50,216 nt of DNA from an uncultured Opitutales bacterium. GTDB taxonomy: Bacteria; Verrucomicrobiota; Verrucomicrobiia; Opitutales; Seribacteraceae. The notes under the pieces are model-generated. The model saw nothing but the letters and a program-made list of their open reading frames with translations. It made no database searches and was not told the origin of the DNA. Location of the stretch: positions 1-50,216 of the forward strand of contig CAWVZQ010000001.1 of assembly GCA_963934405.1 (NCBI GenBank), in the 5' to 3' direction. Numbering within the stretch: position 1 is the stretch's first letter; each line of letters opens with the position of its first letter. This document shows, one piece after another, positions 9,445-17,727 of the stretch. Position numbers and translations under genes: made by a program.

Positions 9445-10271
9445 GGCTCCAAGCGTTTCATGCCCATCAGGCGGGAGGTAACCAGCACGGCGGCAGCCGC
9501 AAATATCATAATTAGAGAAATCGCCAACATGCCTTTTAAGTTTCCCGCCTGCATCTCGAGATAGACTGAGGTCGGAAGGACTTCCGTTCTCATGCGGGTG
9601 GATCCGGCAAATACTAAAATAGGGCCGAACTCGCCTAGCGATCTCGCCCAAGCGAGGGTGCCCGCTGCCAGAATCCCTCTTTTCGCCTGAGGCATGACGA
9701 CAAGCCAAAATGCCTTGCTTCGGTTGCAGCCCAAGGTAAGAGCTACTTTTTCATAACGGGTCGGTATCTGGTCGAATGAGATTCGCATGGCTCTGGCTGC
9801 AAAGGCGCATGCAACCATGAATTGAGCTAAAATGACTGCAGGGATTTCGAATACGACCCATTGGCTAGTCCACGAAAAAGGCGCAAAATTAAATAGCGCC
9901 AACAGGGATATGCCAATGACCAGAGGAGGCAATACGATCGGAATGTCCAAAACCGTATCAAGCAAGCGTTTTCCCGGGAAGTCGAAGCGGGAGGTTAGGT
10001 AGCCTAGCGGAATCGCGACCCATAGGGACAGTAACGTAGAGAGAGAGCAAGAAAGTAGGCTGAGCCCAATGGAATATTGAATTTCTTTGCTTCGCAGGGC
10101 AGACAACATCGAATCGGCGTCCACATAGGCAAGGTCTGCCGCGATCATGGCGACGATGATTACGACGTAGGTACCGCTTAGGATGGAGAGCCCGACAATG
10201 AAGGGCGCGTCAGATCCCGGTCGAAAGCCGGTTGAGCCTGTAACGACATTGCCGTCAGTCGATTGCATCAT
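9441..10271 (-). CDS. modB: ABC transporter permease, molybdate (ModB)-type
   Basis: 'FDFPGKRLLDTVLDIPIVLPPLVIGISLL' and the EAA-loop 'AWARSLGEFGPILVFAGS' closely resemble ModB ('FPGKxLLDxLxxLPLVLPPxVxG', 'RxLGEFGAT'). Six predicted TM helices. Confidence 0.7.
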   Translation of the reverse strand: MMQSTDGNVVTGSTGFRPGSDAPFIVGLSILSGTYVVIIVAMIAADLAYVDADSMLSALRSKEIQYSIGLSLLSCSLSTLLSLWVAIPLGYLTSRFDFPGKRLLDTVLDIPIVLPPLVIGISLLALFNFAPFSWTSQWVVFEIPAVILAQFMVACAFAARAMRISFDQIPTRYEKVALTLGCNRSKAFWLVVMPQAKRGILAAGTLAWARSLGEFGPILVFAGSTRMRTEVLPTSVYLEMQAGNLKGMLAISLIMIFAAAAVLVTSRLMGMKRLEP

Positions 10272-10286
10272 CGAAAAGTTTCGACT

Positions 10287-11867
10287 TTAGTTTGCTTTTG
10301 CATCCTCCGCTTTCCAGCGGAAGCCGGCATTTAGAAAACGCGCTTTTGAGTCAAGGGAAGTTATGGCCTCCACTAGCCGACCAGTCATGTGGGGGAACGC
10401 ACTGTTATCGTACACGGCAATGTTTTGCGTTGCTCGGGCGATAGGGTCATTGATGGCAATCGTCTCGAATTGGCCTTTGCTTAGGTTTTGGCAATTCGCG
10501 AAATATACGAGGGCAACGTCCAGTTTGGGATGACCTTCCATTTGTAAAATTAATTCATGGGCCGTGGGAGTGGTCACTTCCCATGTTCCGTTTGCCTTGA
10601 TTTTCTCGTCCACACCGGCTTTTGCGAGGAGCTGCCAACTGAGGTCTCCCAGCGTGGAGATTTTTTGATCCGTGGTGCCTATAGACAAACCTTTTCGACC
10701 CAGGTCTTCGAGAGTCTGCAAGTTCTGTGGGTTCCCTTTGCGGACAAGCATTACAATGTCCGTGCTCGAGACATCGCGAGCACCACTGAATAACGAATCG
10801 ACCTTCCCCATATATGAGGCATCGCATGTGAGAAAGACATCGGGCATGGCTGTCTTAGCTTTGCTCATGTCAATGGCTTTAATATTGGCGACGAGTGAGC
10901 CACAGCCGGCAAACTGCTCGATGATCGCACAGCCTTCTCTCTCCTCAAAGTCTCTTAAGGTTTGGGTAACTGCTTCGCGATTAACTCCGCCGCAATAAAT
11001 GATTAGTTCGGGCTTCTTTACCCACTTGTCTCCTGCGACTCCCATGAAGTGATGTTTTGCGAAGTGCACTTGACCCTTCGATGGCGCAGCGAGGTATCGA
11101 GCGAAAAAAAGAGCTTGTCTGGCTTTTTGCGAAGAAGATGAAACATTTGCCGTTATGCGGGAGGTAACATTGGCCAATTCAGGAAGGTCGTGTATCTTGA
11201 GGCCGAATTGTTTTGCGGTTGTATTCCAAAGGAAGCCGGCTTGGACGATATCTGAGGCGACGACCGCCGCCGCCGCATCGGTCACGCGCGGTGAAGCGGT
11301 TTTTTTTGCTGTGTCGAACATTTCCCATTTGCCGAGGTTTTCAAGAGTTGCCTTGGTTGTTTTTCCTACACCGGCAGCTTCATTGCAAAGAACAAAGGGC
11401 ACTTCCAGTCCGAGGAATTCATCCAATGATGAAAAGGCTAAATTTGCTTTTGGGGATGAGGCGAGAACGAGATTGAACGAGGCCAACTGAATTGATTCGG
11501 AAGTGAGCCCTTTTTCTCGAGCTCGGGCGGCGAAAGATAGATCGGCGGGGATATAAAGGTCAGCTCGGGATTTGTTGCTGTCCCGGTCCAGTTGTAATTT
11601 GCCCTCAAGCGCACCACTTGAATCGTAGTCGAGTGTTATCTTTACTCCGAATTCTTTCTGAAAAGCGATAGCTGCTTCTTCCACGGGCTTCCGTATTCCT
11701 GCCGCGCAATAGACGATCAAGTCTTCTGGCGAGGTTTCCACTTCTGGAAACTTGCTCCATACCGCGATCATCGAGGCTAGAACGAAAATGGATACGAGCG
11801 ACAAAGTGACCCCGCCATACCATGGCGTTCGCCAACGCTTGTCTTTGTCTGGATTGAAAGGATTCAC
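10287..11867 (-). CDS. Membrane-anchored substrate-binding protein with two tandem ModA/PBP2-like domains
   Basis: N-terminal TM 'GVTLSLVSIFVLASMIAVW'. Two successive ~230-aa units each begin with a ModA-like strand ('LIVYCAAGIRKPVEEAAIAFQKEFG...SSGAL' and 'LIIYCGGVNREAVTQTLRDFEEREG...GCGSL'). Confidence 0.6.
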   Translation of the reverse strand: MNPFNPDKDKRWRTPWYGGVTLSLVSIFVLASMIAVWSKFPEVETSPEDLIVYCAAGIRKPVEEAAIAFQKEFGVKITLDYDSSGALEGKLQLDRDSNKSRADLYIPADLSFAARAREKGLTSESIQLASFNLVLASSPKANLAFSSLDEFLGLEVPFVLCNEAAGVGKTTKATLENLGKWEMFDTAKKTASPRVTDAAAAVVASDIVQAGFLWNTTAKQFGLKIHDLPELANVTSRITANVSSSSQKARQALFFARYLAAPSKGQVHFAKHHFMGVAGDKWVKKPELIIYCGGVNREAVTQTLRDFEEREGCAIIEQFAGCGSLVANIKAIDMSKAKTAMPDVFLTCDASYMGKVDSLFSGARDVSSTDIVMLVRKGNPQNLQTLEDLGRKGLSIGTTDQKISTLGDLSWQLLAKAGVDEKIKANGTWEVTTPTAHELILQMEGHPKLDVALVYFANCQNLSKGQFETIAINDPIARATQNIAVYDNSAFPHMTGRLVEAITSLDSKARFLNAGFRWKAEDAKAN

Positions 11868-11925
11868 AAGCTACTTAATCTAAGCGATTGATAGGTTGCC
11901 CATCAATTGAAAAAGGCTGAATTTC

Positions 11926-12657
11926 CTAACTGCACACGAGGCAGTCTATCCTGCGTGTCATATCGATTTTTCGTATATTGAACCGGTTGGCATCGATAAG
12001 CATCATCTTTCCTCGGCTGGTTGACCCAAAGTCTGCGATCAGCTTTAGGCCCTCCATCACTCCGAAGTTTGCGACGAGAGCGGAAACTGCTCCGAACACA
12101 GGAAAGCGACGTTTCCAGTGCGGTGGCGTTTCAGGGAACAGGCAGGCTAGACAAGGAGTTTCGCCCGGCACGATGGGCATGACGTGCCCTTCGAGGCTGT
12201 ACATTGCGCAATCGACCATAGTTTTATTTTGTCGTACGCACTCCCGGTTCATCAGGAATCGCTCTTCGAAAAGCGGTGCGCTGGCGAAGACGATGTCGGC
12301 TCTACTTACAAGCGCCGCCGCATTGGTTTCACTGAAATTTTCGTTATGAATCTCCACCTCTACTTTTGGATTAAAGGCGGCAAGAGTTTTGGCGGCGCTT
12401 TCTACGCGTGGTTTCCCCAGCCCTTCCCATTGCATGAGGATTTGTCGATTCAGGTCATCCTTTCGCAGGTTGCCGGCGTGGGCCAAGATGAGTTTGCCGA
12501 TTCCGGCTGCTGCTAAGGCGAAGGCGATGGGGCCCCCAAGTCCACCGATTCGTGATACAAGTGCAGTTGTGCTTCGAAGCTTCTCTTGGCCTTCTTCGCC
12601 GAACCCGGCCACATCCAGTTGCCATTCGTAAATGGCGCGATCTTCTTCAGTCAGCAT
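11926..12657 (-). CDS. HesA/MoeB/ThiF-family E1-like adenylyltransferase
   Basis: 'YEWQLDVAGFGEEGQEKL', nucleotide loop 'IGGLGGPIAFALAAAGIGKLIL', 'DLNRQ', and two Cys pairs 'CLAC' / 'CLVC' (zinc site). Confidence 0.85.
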   Translation of the reverse strand: MLTEEDRAIYEWQLDVAGFGEEGQEKLRSTTALVSRIGGLGGPIAFALAAAGIGKLILAHAGNLRKDDLNRQILMQWEGLGKPRVESAAKTLAAFNPKVEVEIHNENFSETNAAALVSRADIVFASAPLFEERFLMNRECVRQNKTMVDCAMYSLEGHVMPIVPGETPCLACLFPETPPHWKRRFPVFGAVSALVANFGVMEGLKLIADFGSTSRGKMMLIDANRFNIRKIDMTRRIDCLVCS

Positions 12658-12730
12658 GGAGGAAGTCTAATTCCTATAAAGAAAGGGTGTAAGGCAAAAG
12701 GGAAGGAAGTGCGGTTTTTGTCCGTCGAGC

Positions 12731-13516
12731 CTAATTTTTTTCGTAAGTTGTCCAAGTTCCTTTTTCGTAGCTCCAAAACTGCCGAGCATTTTCTCTGTGC
12801 TTGTAGTAAAGCCATTCCGATGTGGAGTGACAGTAGAAAAACGGGTAAATTGATTTGCCCGTGTAAAGCCAACCAAGTTGTCCATCCCACATCCATAATG
12901 CCAATTCGTCGGTCCCGGACACGAACAGCCACCCATGCTTTGTATGATAAGCCCACCCATCTCCGTTGTCATAGAAATCTCCAAACCATGTGGAACTTTT
13001 AAATCCTGCGTCCAAGGTCTCCGTAGAGTCGCCGGACCATGGGGAAGCTTCTTCAACTTGCAGCACTAACTTGTATGTCGAAGTCGACGGTCCTTGGCGA
13101 TTTGCCCAACGGTACCCCTTGATTTGAATTTCGTATTTACCCCCCGCGGGAAGGGTTCCGGAGATGGTCGGACTGTTCTTGTCGCCATTGAAGGTCAATC
13201 CATTAGGCAAACCGGAAATCAAATAGCTCTGTGCTTCGTGTCCATGAGTATAAAAACGGAAAGTATACGCATCGCCTTCCGTGCCTGTGGCAGGGTTCTT
13301 ATCAATCTCTTCAAATGCTTTTACATAGGTTGTGGCTCCCGTTAGTGCGTGCGGCAAAGTCGTAACTACTGTTGCCGGCAAGAGTGCCCTAAGTGTTTTA
13401 ACATGTGCGGCAATTGGAGCGAAAAAGGTCGAAAGGTGTTTCCCGAATGGCAAGATCGGCAAGCGTTGAAGAAGCATGGCCAATGTCATGCACAGGATTT
13501 GTGCTCTACTTTTCAT
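12731..13516 (-). CDS. Hypothetical secreted protein: Ig-like (He_PIG-type) segment plus Trp-rich C-terminal repeats
   Basis: 'YLISGLPNGLTFNGDKNSPTISGTLPAGGKYEIQIKGY' resembles putative-Ig (He_PIG) domains. The C-terminus has repeated GW/W-aromatic motifs ('GDGWAYHTKHGWLF', 'DGQLGWLYTG', 'SEWLYYK', 'QFWSYEKGTW'). The start at Met5 lies 2 nt after the DUF4266 stop. Confidence 0.5.
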   Translation of the reverse strand: MKSRAQILCMTLAMLLQRLPILPFGKHLSTFFAPIAAHVKTLRALLPATVVTTLPHALTGATTYVKAFEEIDKNPATGTEGDAYTFRFYTHGHEAQSYLISGLPNGLTFNGDKNSPTISGTLPAGGKYEIQIKGYRWANRQGPSTSTYKLVLQVEEASPWSGDSTETLDAGFKSSTWFGDFYDNGDGWAYHTKHGWLFVSGTDELALWMWDGQLGWLYTGKSIYPFFYCHSTSEWLYYKHRENARQFWSYEKGTWTTYEKN

Positions 13517-13518
13517 CT

Positions 13519-13770
13519 TTAGTTGCATCCGCAGCCTCCACCTCCTGCTCCGCGACCTCCTCGGGATGCCTCCCGGCTGTAAAAGGCGTGATCATTCATC
13601 TTAACCGCTAACTTGTCTCGGTCCGGGCGCATGATGTAGTCGGCGAGGTATCCTCTTTGCAGAATGTTCACAGTGGGCTTGGGCGAGCAACCACCAAAGG
13701 TAATGGCCGTTAAGGCGAATAGCGAAAGCCGCCAAGACTTCTTAATTCGTTGTGTCGTGCAGGTATTCAT
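13519..13770 (-). CDS. DUF4266-type small lipoprotein
   Basis: Lipobox 'AITFGGCS'. 'LQRGYLADYIMRPD' and the C-terminal 'GGGGCGCN' match my memory of the DUF4266 family. An internal Met is used, because the longer ORF overlaps apbE extensively. Confidence 0.7.
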   Translation of the reverse strand: MNTCTTQRIKKSWRLSLFALTAITFGGCSPKPTVNILQRGYLADYIMRPDRDKLAVKMNDHAFYSREASRGGRGAGGGGCGCN

Positions 13771-14728
13771 AAATGCCTTTTGTCCATTCAACGCCGTTTT
13801 GGTTTTGTACGCAACCTTCCGCTCCAAAAAACCTATCGATTCTGGCAAGCCCTCGTTCGGTTCCGTCCAGCAAGGCGCAAGTGGACAGAACTCCAGCTTC
13901 CAGGCAGGAGCGTGAGATGACCGTTGCCGACAGACAGTTGTTGCTCGTTGGGTAACCCGTGCGATGATCGATCAAGTGCCCGTACCTTTTGCCGTTCTTT
14001 TCGAAAAACCTTCGATAGTTCCCCGATGTCGCTACAGCCATGCCCGAAACCGAAAAAATCCGTTGTGCTTGGCCTTGCTTTCCGGGATCTTCAAGACCGA
14101 CTCGCCATGCAGGCGCGTCGGGCGGAGAACCTGCGGCAAAAACATCGCCTCCAAAGTCGATGAGAAAATCCTCCAGCTCATGTTCACGGGCCAACTCAGT
14201 TACTCGGTCAACGGCATATTCTTTGCCAAAGCCTCCGAAATCTAGTCCCATCCCTGTTTTCGGCAGGAAGATGGAGCGGTTCTCTCGATGAACTTTCTTC
14301 CATCCGATTTTTGAAAGTGCCTCACTGATTGCGGATTTGGAGGGGATTTGCGGGTTCTCGGCTTTAAAATCCCAAAGGCGGGAAAGAGGAAGAGTGGTGG
14401 GATCAAAGAGTCCTTCCGTCAAAAAATGGAGGGTATCGCACAGGTCGAAAAGGTGAGTGTCTGTTTCGTCGGTTTCAACGGGGTTTCGACCAGCTACAGC
14501 ATTGATCCGGGATATTAGGCTGTCGTCCTTGAATCGGGAATAGCGGGCCTCAAATTGGTGCATCCAATCGAGTGCGTTTTTGCGAAAGATGTCGGCAGCT
14601 CCCATCGAATTCGCAGCATAGAGTATTTCGCAACGGGTTCCCATGGCAGGAAACTGCAGACGAAAGAGACCGTTGGCCAAGATTTTAGGAGAAATTTTGG
14701 ATGGAGCGTGCATCTTCAGAACTCCCAT
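13742..14728 (-). CDS. apbE: FAD:protein FMN transferase (ApbE)
   Basis: 'FPAMGTRCEILY', 'GLDFGGFGKEYAVD', 'AVATSGNYRRFF...GKRYGHLIDHRTGYP' are the classic ApbE motifs. An alternative start at 14713 would remove the overlap with the DUF3570 gene. Confidence 0.9.
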   Translation of the reverse strand: MGVLKMHAPSKISPKILANGLFRLQFPAMGTRCEILYAANSMGAADIFRKNALDWMHQFEARYSRFKDDSLISRINAVAGRNPVETDETDTHLFDLCDTLHFLTEGLFDPTTLPLSRLWDFKAENPQIPSKSAISEALSKIGWKKVHRENRSIFLPKTGMGLDFGGFGKEYAVDRVTELAREHELEDFLIDFGGDVFAAGSPPDAPAWRVGLEDPGKQGQAQRIFSVSGMAVATSGNYRRFFEKNGKRYGHLIDHRTGYPTSNNCLSATVISRSCLEAGVLSTCALLDGTERGLARIDRFFGAEGCVQNQNGVEWTKGIYEYLHDTTN

Positions 14729-15873
14729 TGCAGGCCAACGGTATATATATCCGCGTCTGGATACATCAGAGGTGAGGTTACTCCGTCACGGCCTTCCATG
14801 TCGTACCTCTCGTAGGCCAAGTCTAGGTTAATGTTGTCACCTTTGAACATCGTCAGTTTCAGGCCATAGGCAAGGCTCTCCATTTTGGAAATCCGATAGT
14901 CTGCCGAATAATGGGGCGCCAACCCCGTGGGAGGAGCTCCGAAATTTATTTTGGATTCGTCTAGGATCGTGACGTAATAATCAGCCGCCGATTGATTATA
15001 GTATCTCAGCAAGGGTCGCACGACAAGATTTTCGCCAAAGCGTTGGAACCACTGCACTTCCAAGGTGTTGCCTCGAAGACCGGAATCGTCGGCAAAGAAT
15101 CGGTAACTGCCTTGGAGGCTAGAACGCAGGGATTCAATGTAGCGAGTTCCCTCGACAAAGACGACGTACACGTTGCGGGTATCGGGGCGGTTTTCTGGTG
15201 TTTGCCGAAGAACTTTGGCGCTATGCACTGTTGCGCGGTAGGCAACGTTCTTGTACGGATCGCTCAAATAACCTGACGGGCGAGAATACGAAAGGTTTAC
15301 CGCCAACGTAGTCTTGGGGTCGAGGACACGATGGGCACCCAAGATGATCTCGGGGGTTCGCTTGGTTTGCTCGTCGAATCCCGGGTATCCTATCATTTGC
15401 GTATCCACGGTGTCGTCGAGGTAGGAAAGCCCGGCGCTTAGAGTGAGAGTTTTTTCTGCATATTGACGAGCTAGTCGAACGGCATAACTATGTGAAAGAT
15501 AATCGGGTTCATGACTGAGTCCGAACTCGAAGGAGAAGTCGTATTCATTGGTTTCTTTCGAAAGGGTGACCACTCCGGCCCGTCTTACCTCTTCGATCGG
15601 GTCGGAAAGCCAGTCAGATTCAGTTGGGGGCAAGCCTATGGGAGTGGCCCCTGACCACGTATCCACAACGCCCACGACATCAAGGCGCCATTCTTCCGTG
15701 AGGGCTGCTTCCGCCTCTACGTACCATGAGCGAACGTGAATCCTATCTCCTTCTTCGACCCATTCGCGATACTTGGCTCGCAATGCCTTTTCGGCGGGAC
15801 TCTTTCGGGTGACCAATACGAGTAACGCGGCGACCGCCAAGAAGCGAATGGCTCTAATTGCGCTCGTTTTCAT
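14716..15873 (-). CDS. DUF3570-family protein (predicted beta-barrel) with ApbE flavinylation motif
   Basis: Signal peptide 'MKTSAIRAIRFLAVAALLVLV'. 'VDTWSGATPIG' (nt 15643-15663) fits the D-x-x-[ST]-G-A-[TS] flavinylation site. Alternating beta-strand pattern, aromatic C-terminus 'GLQWEF'. Sits upstream of apbE and DUF4266. Confidence 0.7.
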   Translation of the reverse strand: MKTSAIRAIRFLAVAALLVLVTRKSPAEKALRAKYREWVEEGDRIHVRSWYVEAEAALTEEWRLDVVGVVDTWSGATPIGLPPTESDWLSDPIEEVRRAGVVTLSKETNEYDFSFEFGLSHEPDYLSHSYAVRLARQYAEKTLTLSAGLSYLDDTVDTQMIGYPGFDEQTKRTPEIILGAHRVLDPKTTLAVNLSYSRPSGYLSDPYKNVAYRATVHSAKVLRQTPENRPDTRNVYVVFVEGTRYIESLRSSLQGSYRFFADDSGLRGNTLEVQWFQRFGENLVVRPLLRYYNQSAADYYVTILDESKINFGAPPTGLAPHYSADYRISKMESLAYGLKLTMFKGDNINLDLAYERYDMEGRDGVTSPLMYPDADIYTVGLQWEF

Positions 15874-16027
15874 TTAGAGAGAGCCTTTCGAAAGGGTGAG
15901 GTTTGGTCAAGCTCTGCAAGTCTGTATTGCTATCGGATTGTCTGGACTTGTTTCTTTCCCTCAGTTGTCCTGCAATCCTATCTTGCCAAAATTCGGCTTA
16001 CTCGCGAGGAATCATTTACTTGATTAT

Positions 16028-16726
16028 ATGAATTCGAAAAAACGCATATTCGTTGTCGACGATGAGAAAGATCTTACCGACCTTCTGCAATTCCAATTGA
16101 AGCGTGAGGGGTTCAAGGTGGAGACCGTGAACGATCCTTTCGTGGCTCTAAGCATGGCGCGCGACTATGGGCCCGATTTAATCGTACTGGACGTCATGAT
16201 GCCCGACTTGGATGGCTATCAACTGCTACGAATGTTCCGATCCGATCACCAGTTGACTGAGGTTCCCGTGGTCATGCTCACGGCTCGAGCGGGGGTGGAA
16301 GACCGCATCAAGGGGCTTGAAAGCGGTGCCGACGATTACATGTGCAAGCCATTCGAAACAAAGGAACTGATTCTGCGCATCCGTTCCATTTTGAAACGAA
16401 GCAGTGAGCAAAACCGAGCTCCTTCAGGGCGAATCGTTATGGGCAACGTCGCCATCGACGAGGAAGACCATTCCGTTAGCGTTGGTGGTGTGGAGATTCC
16501 CTTTACTGTGACCGAGTTCAAGTTGCTTCAGTTTTTCCTTAAGCGAAAGGGTAGGGTGCAAACCAGAGAGAATCTACTCGTTAGCGTTTGGAAGTTCGAT
16601 ACCGATGTCGAGACTCGCACCGTAGACGTTCATATTCGCCGACTGCGGAAAAAGATGGAGACGGCCGATTTGGAGATCGAGACGATACGTGGGGTTGGTT
16701 ATCGTTTGGCGGAAAAAGCAAAGTAG
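16028..16726 (+). CDS. phoB: OmpR/PhoB-family response regulator
   Basis: REC 'RIFVVDDEKDL...LIVLDVMMPDLDG...KPF'. Winged-helix 'LTVTEFKLLQFFLKRKGRVQTRENLL...VDVHIRRLRKK...IETIRGVGYRL'. The internal Met ('MNSKKRIF') is preferred over the 15896 start. Confidence 0.85.
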   Translation: MNSKKRIFVVDDEKDLTDLLQFQLKREGFKVETVNDPFVALSMARDYGPDLIVLDVMMPDLDGYQLLRMFRSDHQLTEVPVVMLTARAGVEDRIKGLESGADDYMCKPFETKELILRIRSILKRSSEQNRAPSGRIVMGNVAIDEEDHSVSVGGVEIPFTVTEFKLLQFFLKRKGRVQTRENLLVSVWKFDTDVETRTVDVHIRRLRKKMETADLEIETIRGVGYRLAEKAK

Positions 16727-16732
16727 ATTGCC

Positions 16733-17575
16733 ATGTATGTGGAACCATGGATCTTGGCGGCCGTCCTTCTCAGTTTTGTTTTGGCCTGTTCGGTGCTTTG
16801 GCGCCGCGGGAGATCCATGGACGGAAAACCTGAAGAGCAAACTTTAGTTGATATTGGCAACGAGGAACTGAATCCTCACGATAATTCCCGCAGGGATTTT
16901 GTGGCTAACGTATCCCATGAGTTGCGTACCCCGGTAGCCATCGTGAAAGGATTCGCGGAAACTCTGGACGACAGCTACGATGAACTTTCAGGCAAGAAAC
17001 GGCGAGAATTCATAGGGAAGATTCGAAAAAATTCGGATCGTCTTTGCTCCTTGGTCGGGGATCTCCTCTATTTGGCGGAACTGGAGTCTCCTTCTCATGC
17101 ATTGAGACCCGAACCCAGCAGTCTTTCGGTTGTTGTCCGTACCGTTGTAGACAGGTTGGGCGAGCGACTGGACCTGAATACCCAAAGAATACGATTGGAG
17201 CTTGCCGAGGAACGGAAGCCGATGTCCTTCGATCCGTTGAAGGTAGAGTGTGTCGTCGAGAACCTTTTGAGCAATGCCCTTCGCTATGCCCGTGATTCCT
17301 CCGTTATAACTATTCGAACTATTTTTGATGAAGCCCCCAAAGTGATCCGTTGTGAAGTGCAAGACGATGGCTGCGGTATTCCCGAGAAGGACGTGCCCCA
17401 TCTTTTCGAGCGATTCTATCGTGTCGACAAGGGACGTTCCAGGGAGAGTGGCGGCACGGGCTTGGGTTTAAGCATCGTGAAGCATATCGTGGAATTGCAT
17501 GGCGGCACGGTATCCGTTCGGAGTAAGCTCGGTGAAGGAACGACCTTCTCCTTCAGCCTGCCCTGCGACTTCTGA
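16733..17575 (+). CDS. phoR: PhoR-like sensor histidine kinase (single TM, HisKA + HATPase_c)
   Basis: H-box 'FVANVSHELRTPV'. 'LLSNALRYA', 'DDGCGIP', 'FERFYRVDKGRSRESGGTGLGLSIVKHIVELHGG'. Confidence 0.8.
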   Translation: MYVEPWILAAVLLSFVLACSVLWRRGRSMDGKPEEQTLVDIGNEELNPHDNSRRDFVANVSHELRTPVAIVKGFAETLDDSYDELSGKKRREFIGKIRKNSDRLCSLVGDLLYLAELESPSHALRPEPSSLSVVVRTVVDRLGERLDLNTQRIRLELAEERKPMSFDPLKVECVVENLLSNALRYARDSSVITIRTIFDEAPKVIRCEVQDDGCGIPEKDVPHLFERFYRVDKGRSRESGGTGLGLSIVKHIVELHGGTVSVRSKLGEGTTFSFSLPCDF

Positions 17576-17630
17576 ATTTCCCACATATCTTCCCTCAGTC
17601 GGGAAATTGGGAGTGAAGCATCTCTTGCAT

Positions 17631-17652
17631 TTGTAACGTAATTGTAACGTTT
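17631..17652 (+). promoter_or_regulatory. Pho-box-like tandem direct repeat upstream of the porin gene
   Basis: 'TTGTAACGTAA TTGTAACGTTT': two identical 7-mers at 11-bp spacing with AT-rich 4-bp linkers, as in the E. coli Pho box (CTGTCAT-A(A/T)A(T/A)-CTGTCA(C/T)). It lies 76-97 bp upstream of the 17728 ATG. 'cgtaat' (17665) and 'tataat' (17681) lie downstream. Confidence 0.45.
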
Positions 17653-17727
17653 TCTTCGCAAGATCGTAATTTGAATCTGCTATAATAAATGGAGACTTTA
17701 AGCCAATCATAGTCCGATAACAGTAAG

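Noticed and set aside
9445-9708. N-terminal 88-aa extension of the ABC ATPase ORF (8803-9708).
   Set aside because: The extension overlaps the 3' end of the permease gene in another frame and has no ABC features. The conserved N-terminal strand 'MISVEKLNIRQ' starts at an ATG that forms an ATGA overlap with the permease stop.
12658-12730. Possible Moco riboswitch upstream of the MoeB-like gene and mod-type operon.
   Set aside because: The gap is only 73 nt, directly after another coding region. That is too short for the ~130-nt Moco motif, and no conserved elements are visible.
13331-13342. 'LTGATT' in the 265-aa protein as a second ApbE flavinylation site.
   Set aside because: It lacks the upstream Asp of the D-x-x-[ST]-G-A-[TS] context. 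It also sits in the hydrophobic N-terminal region, which may be a signal-peptide cleavage zone. It is likely coincidental.
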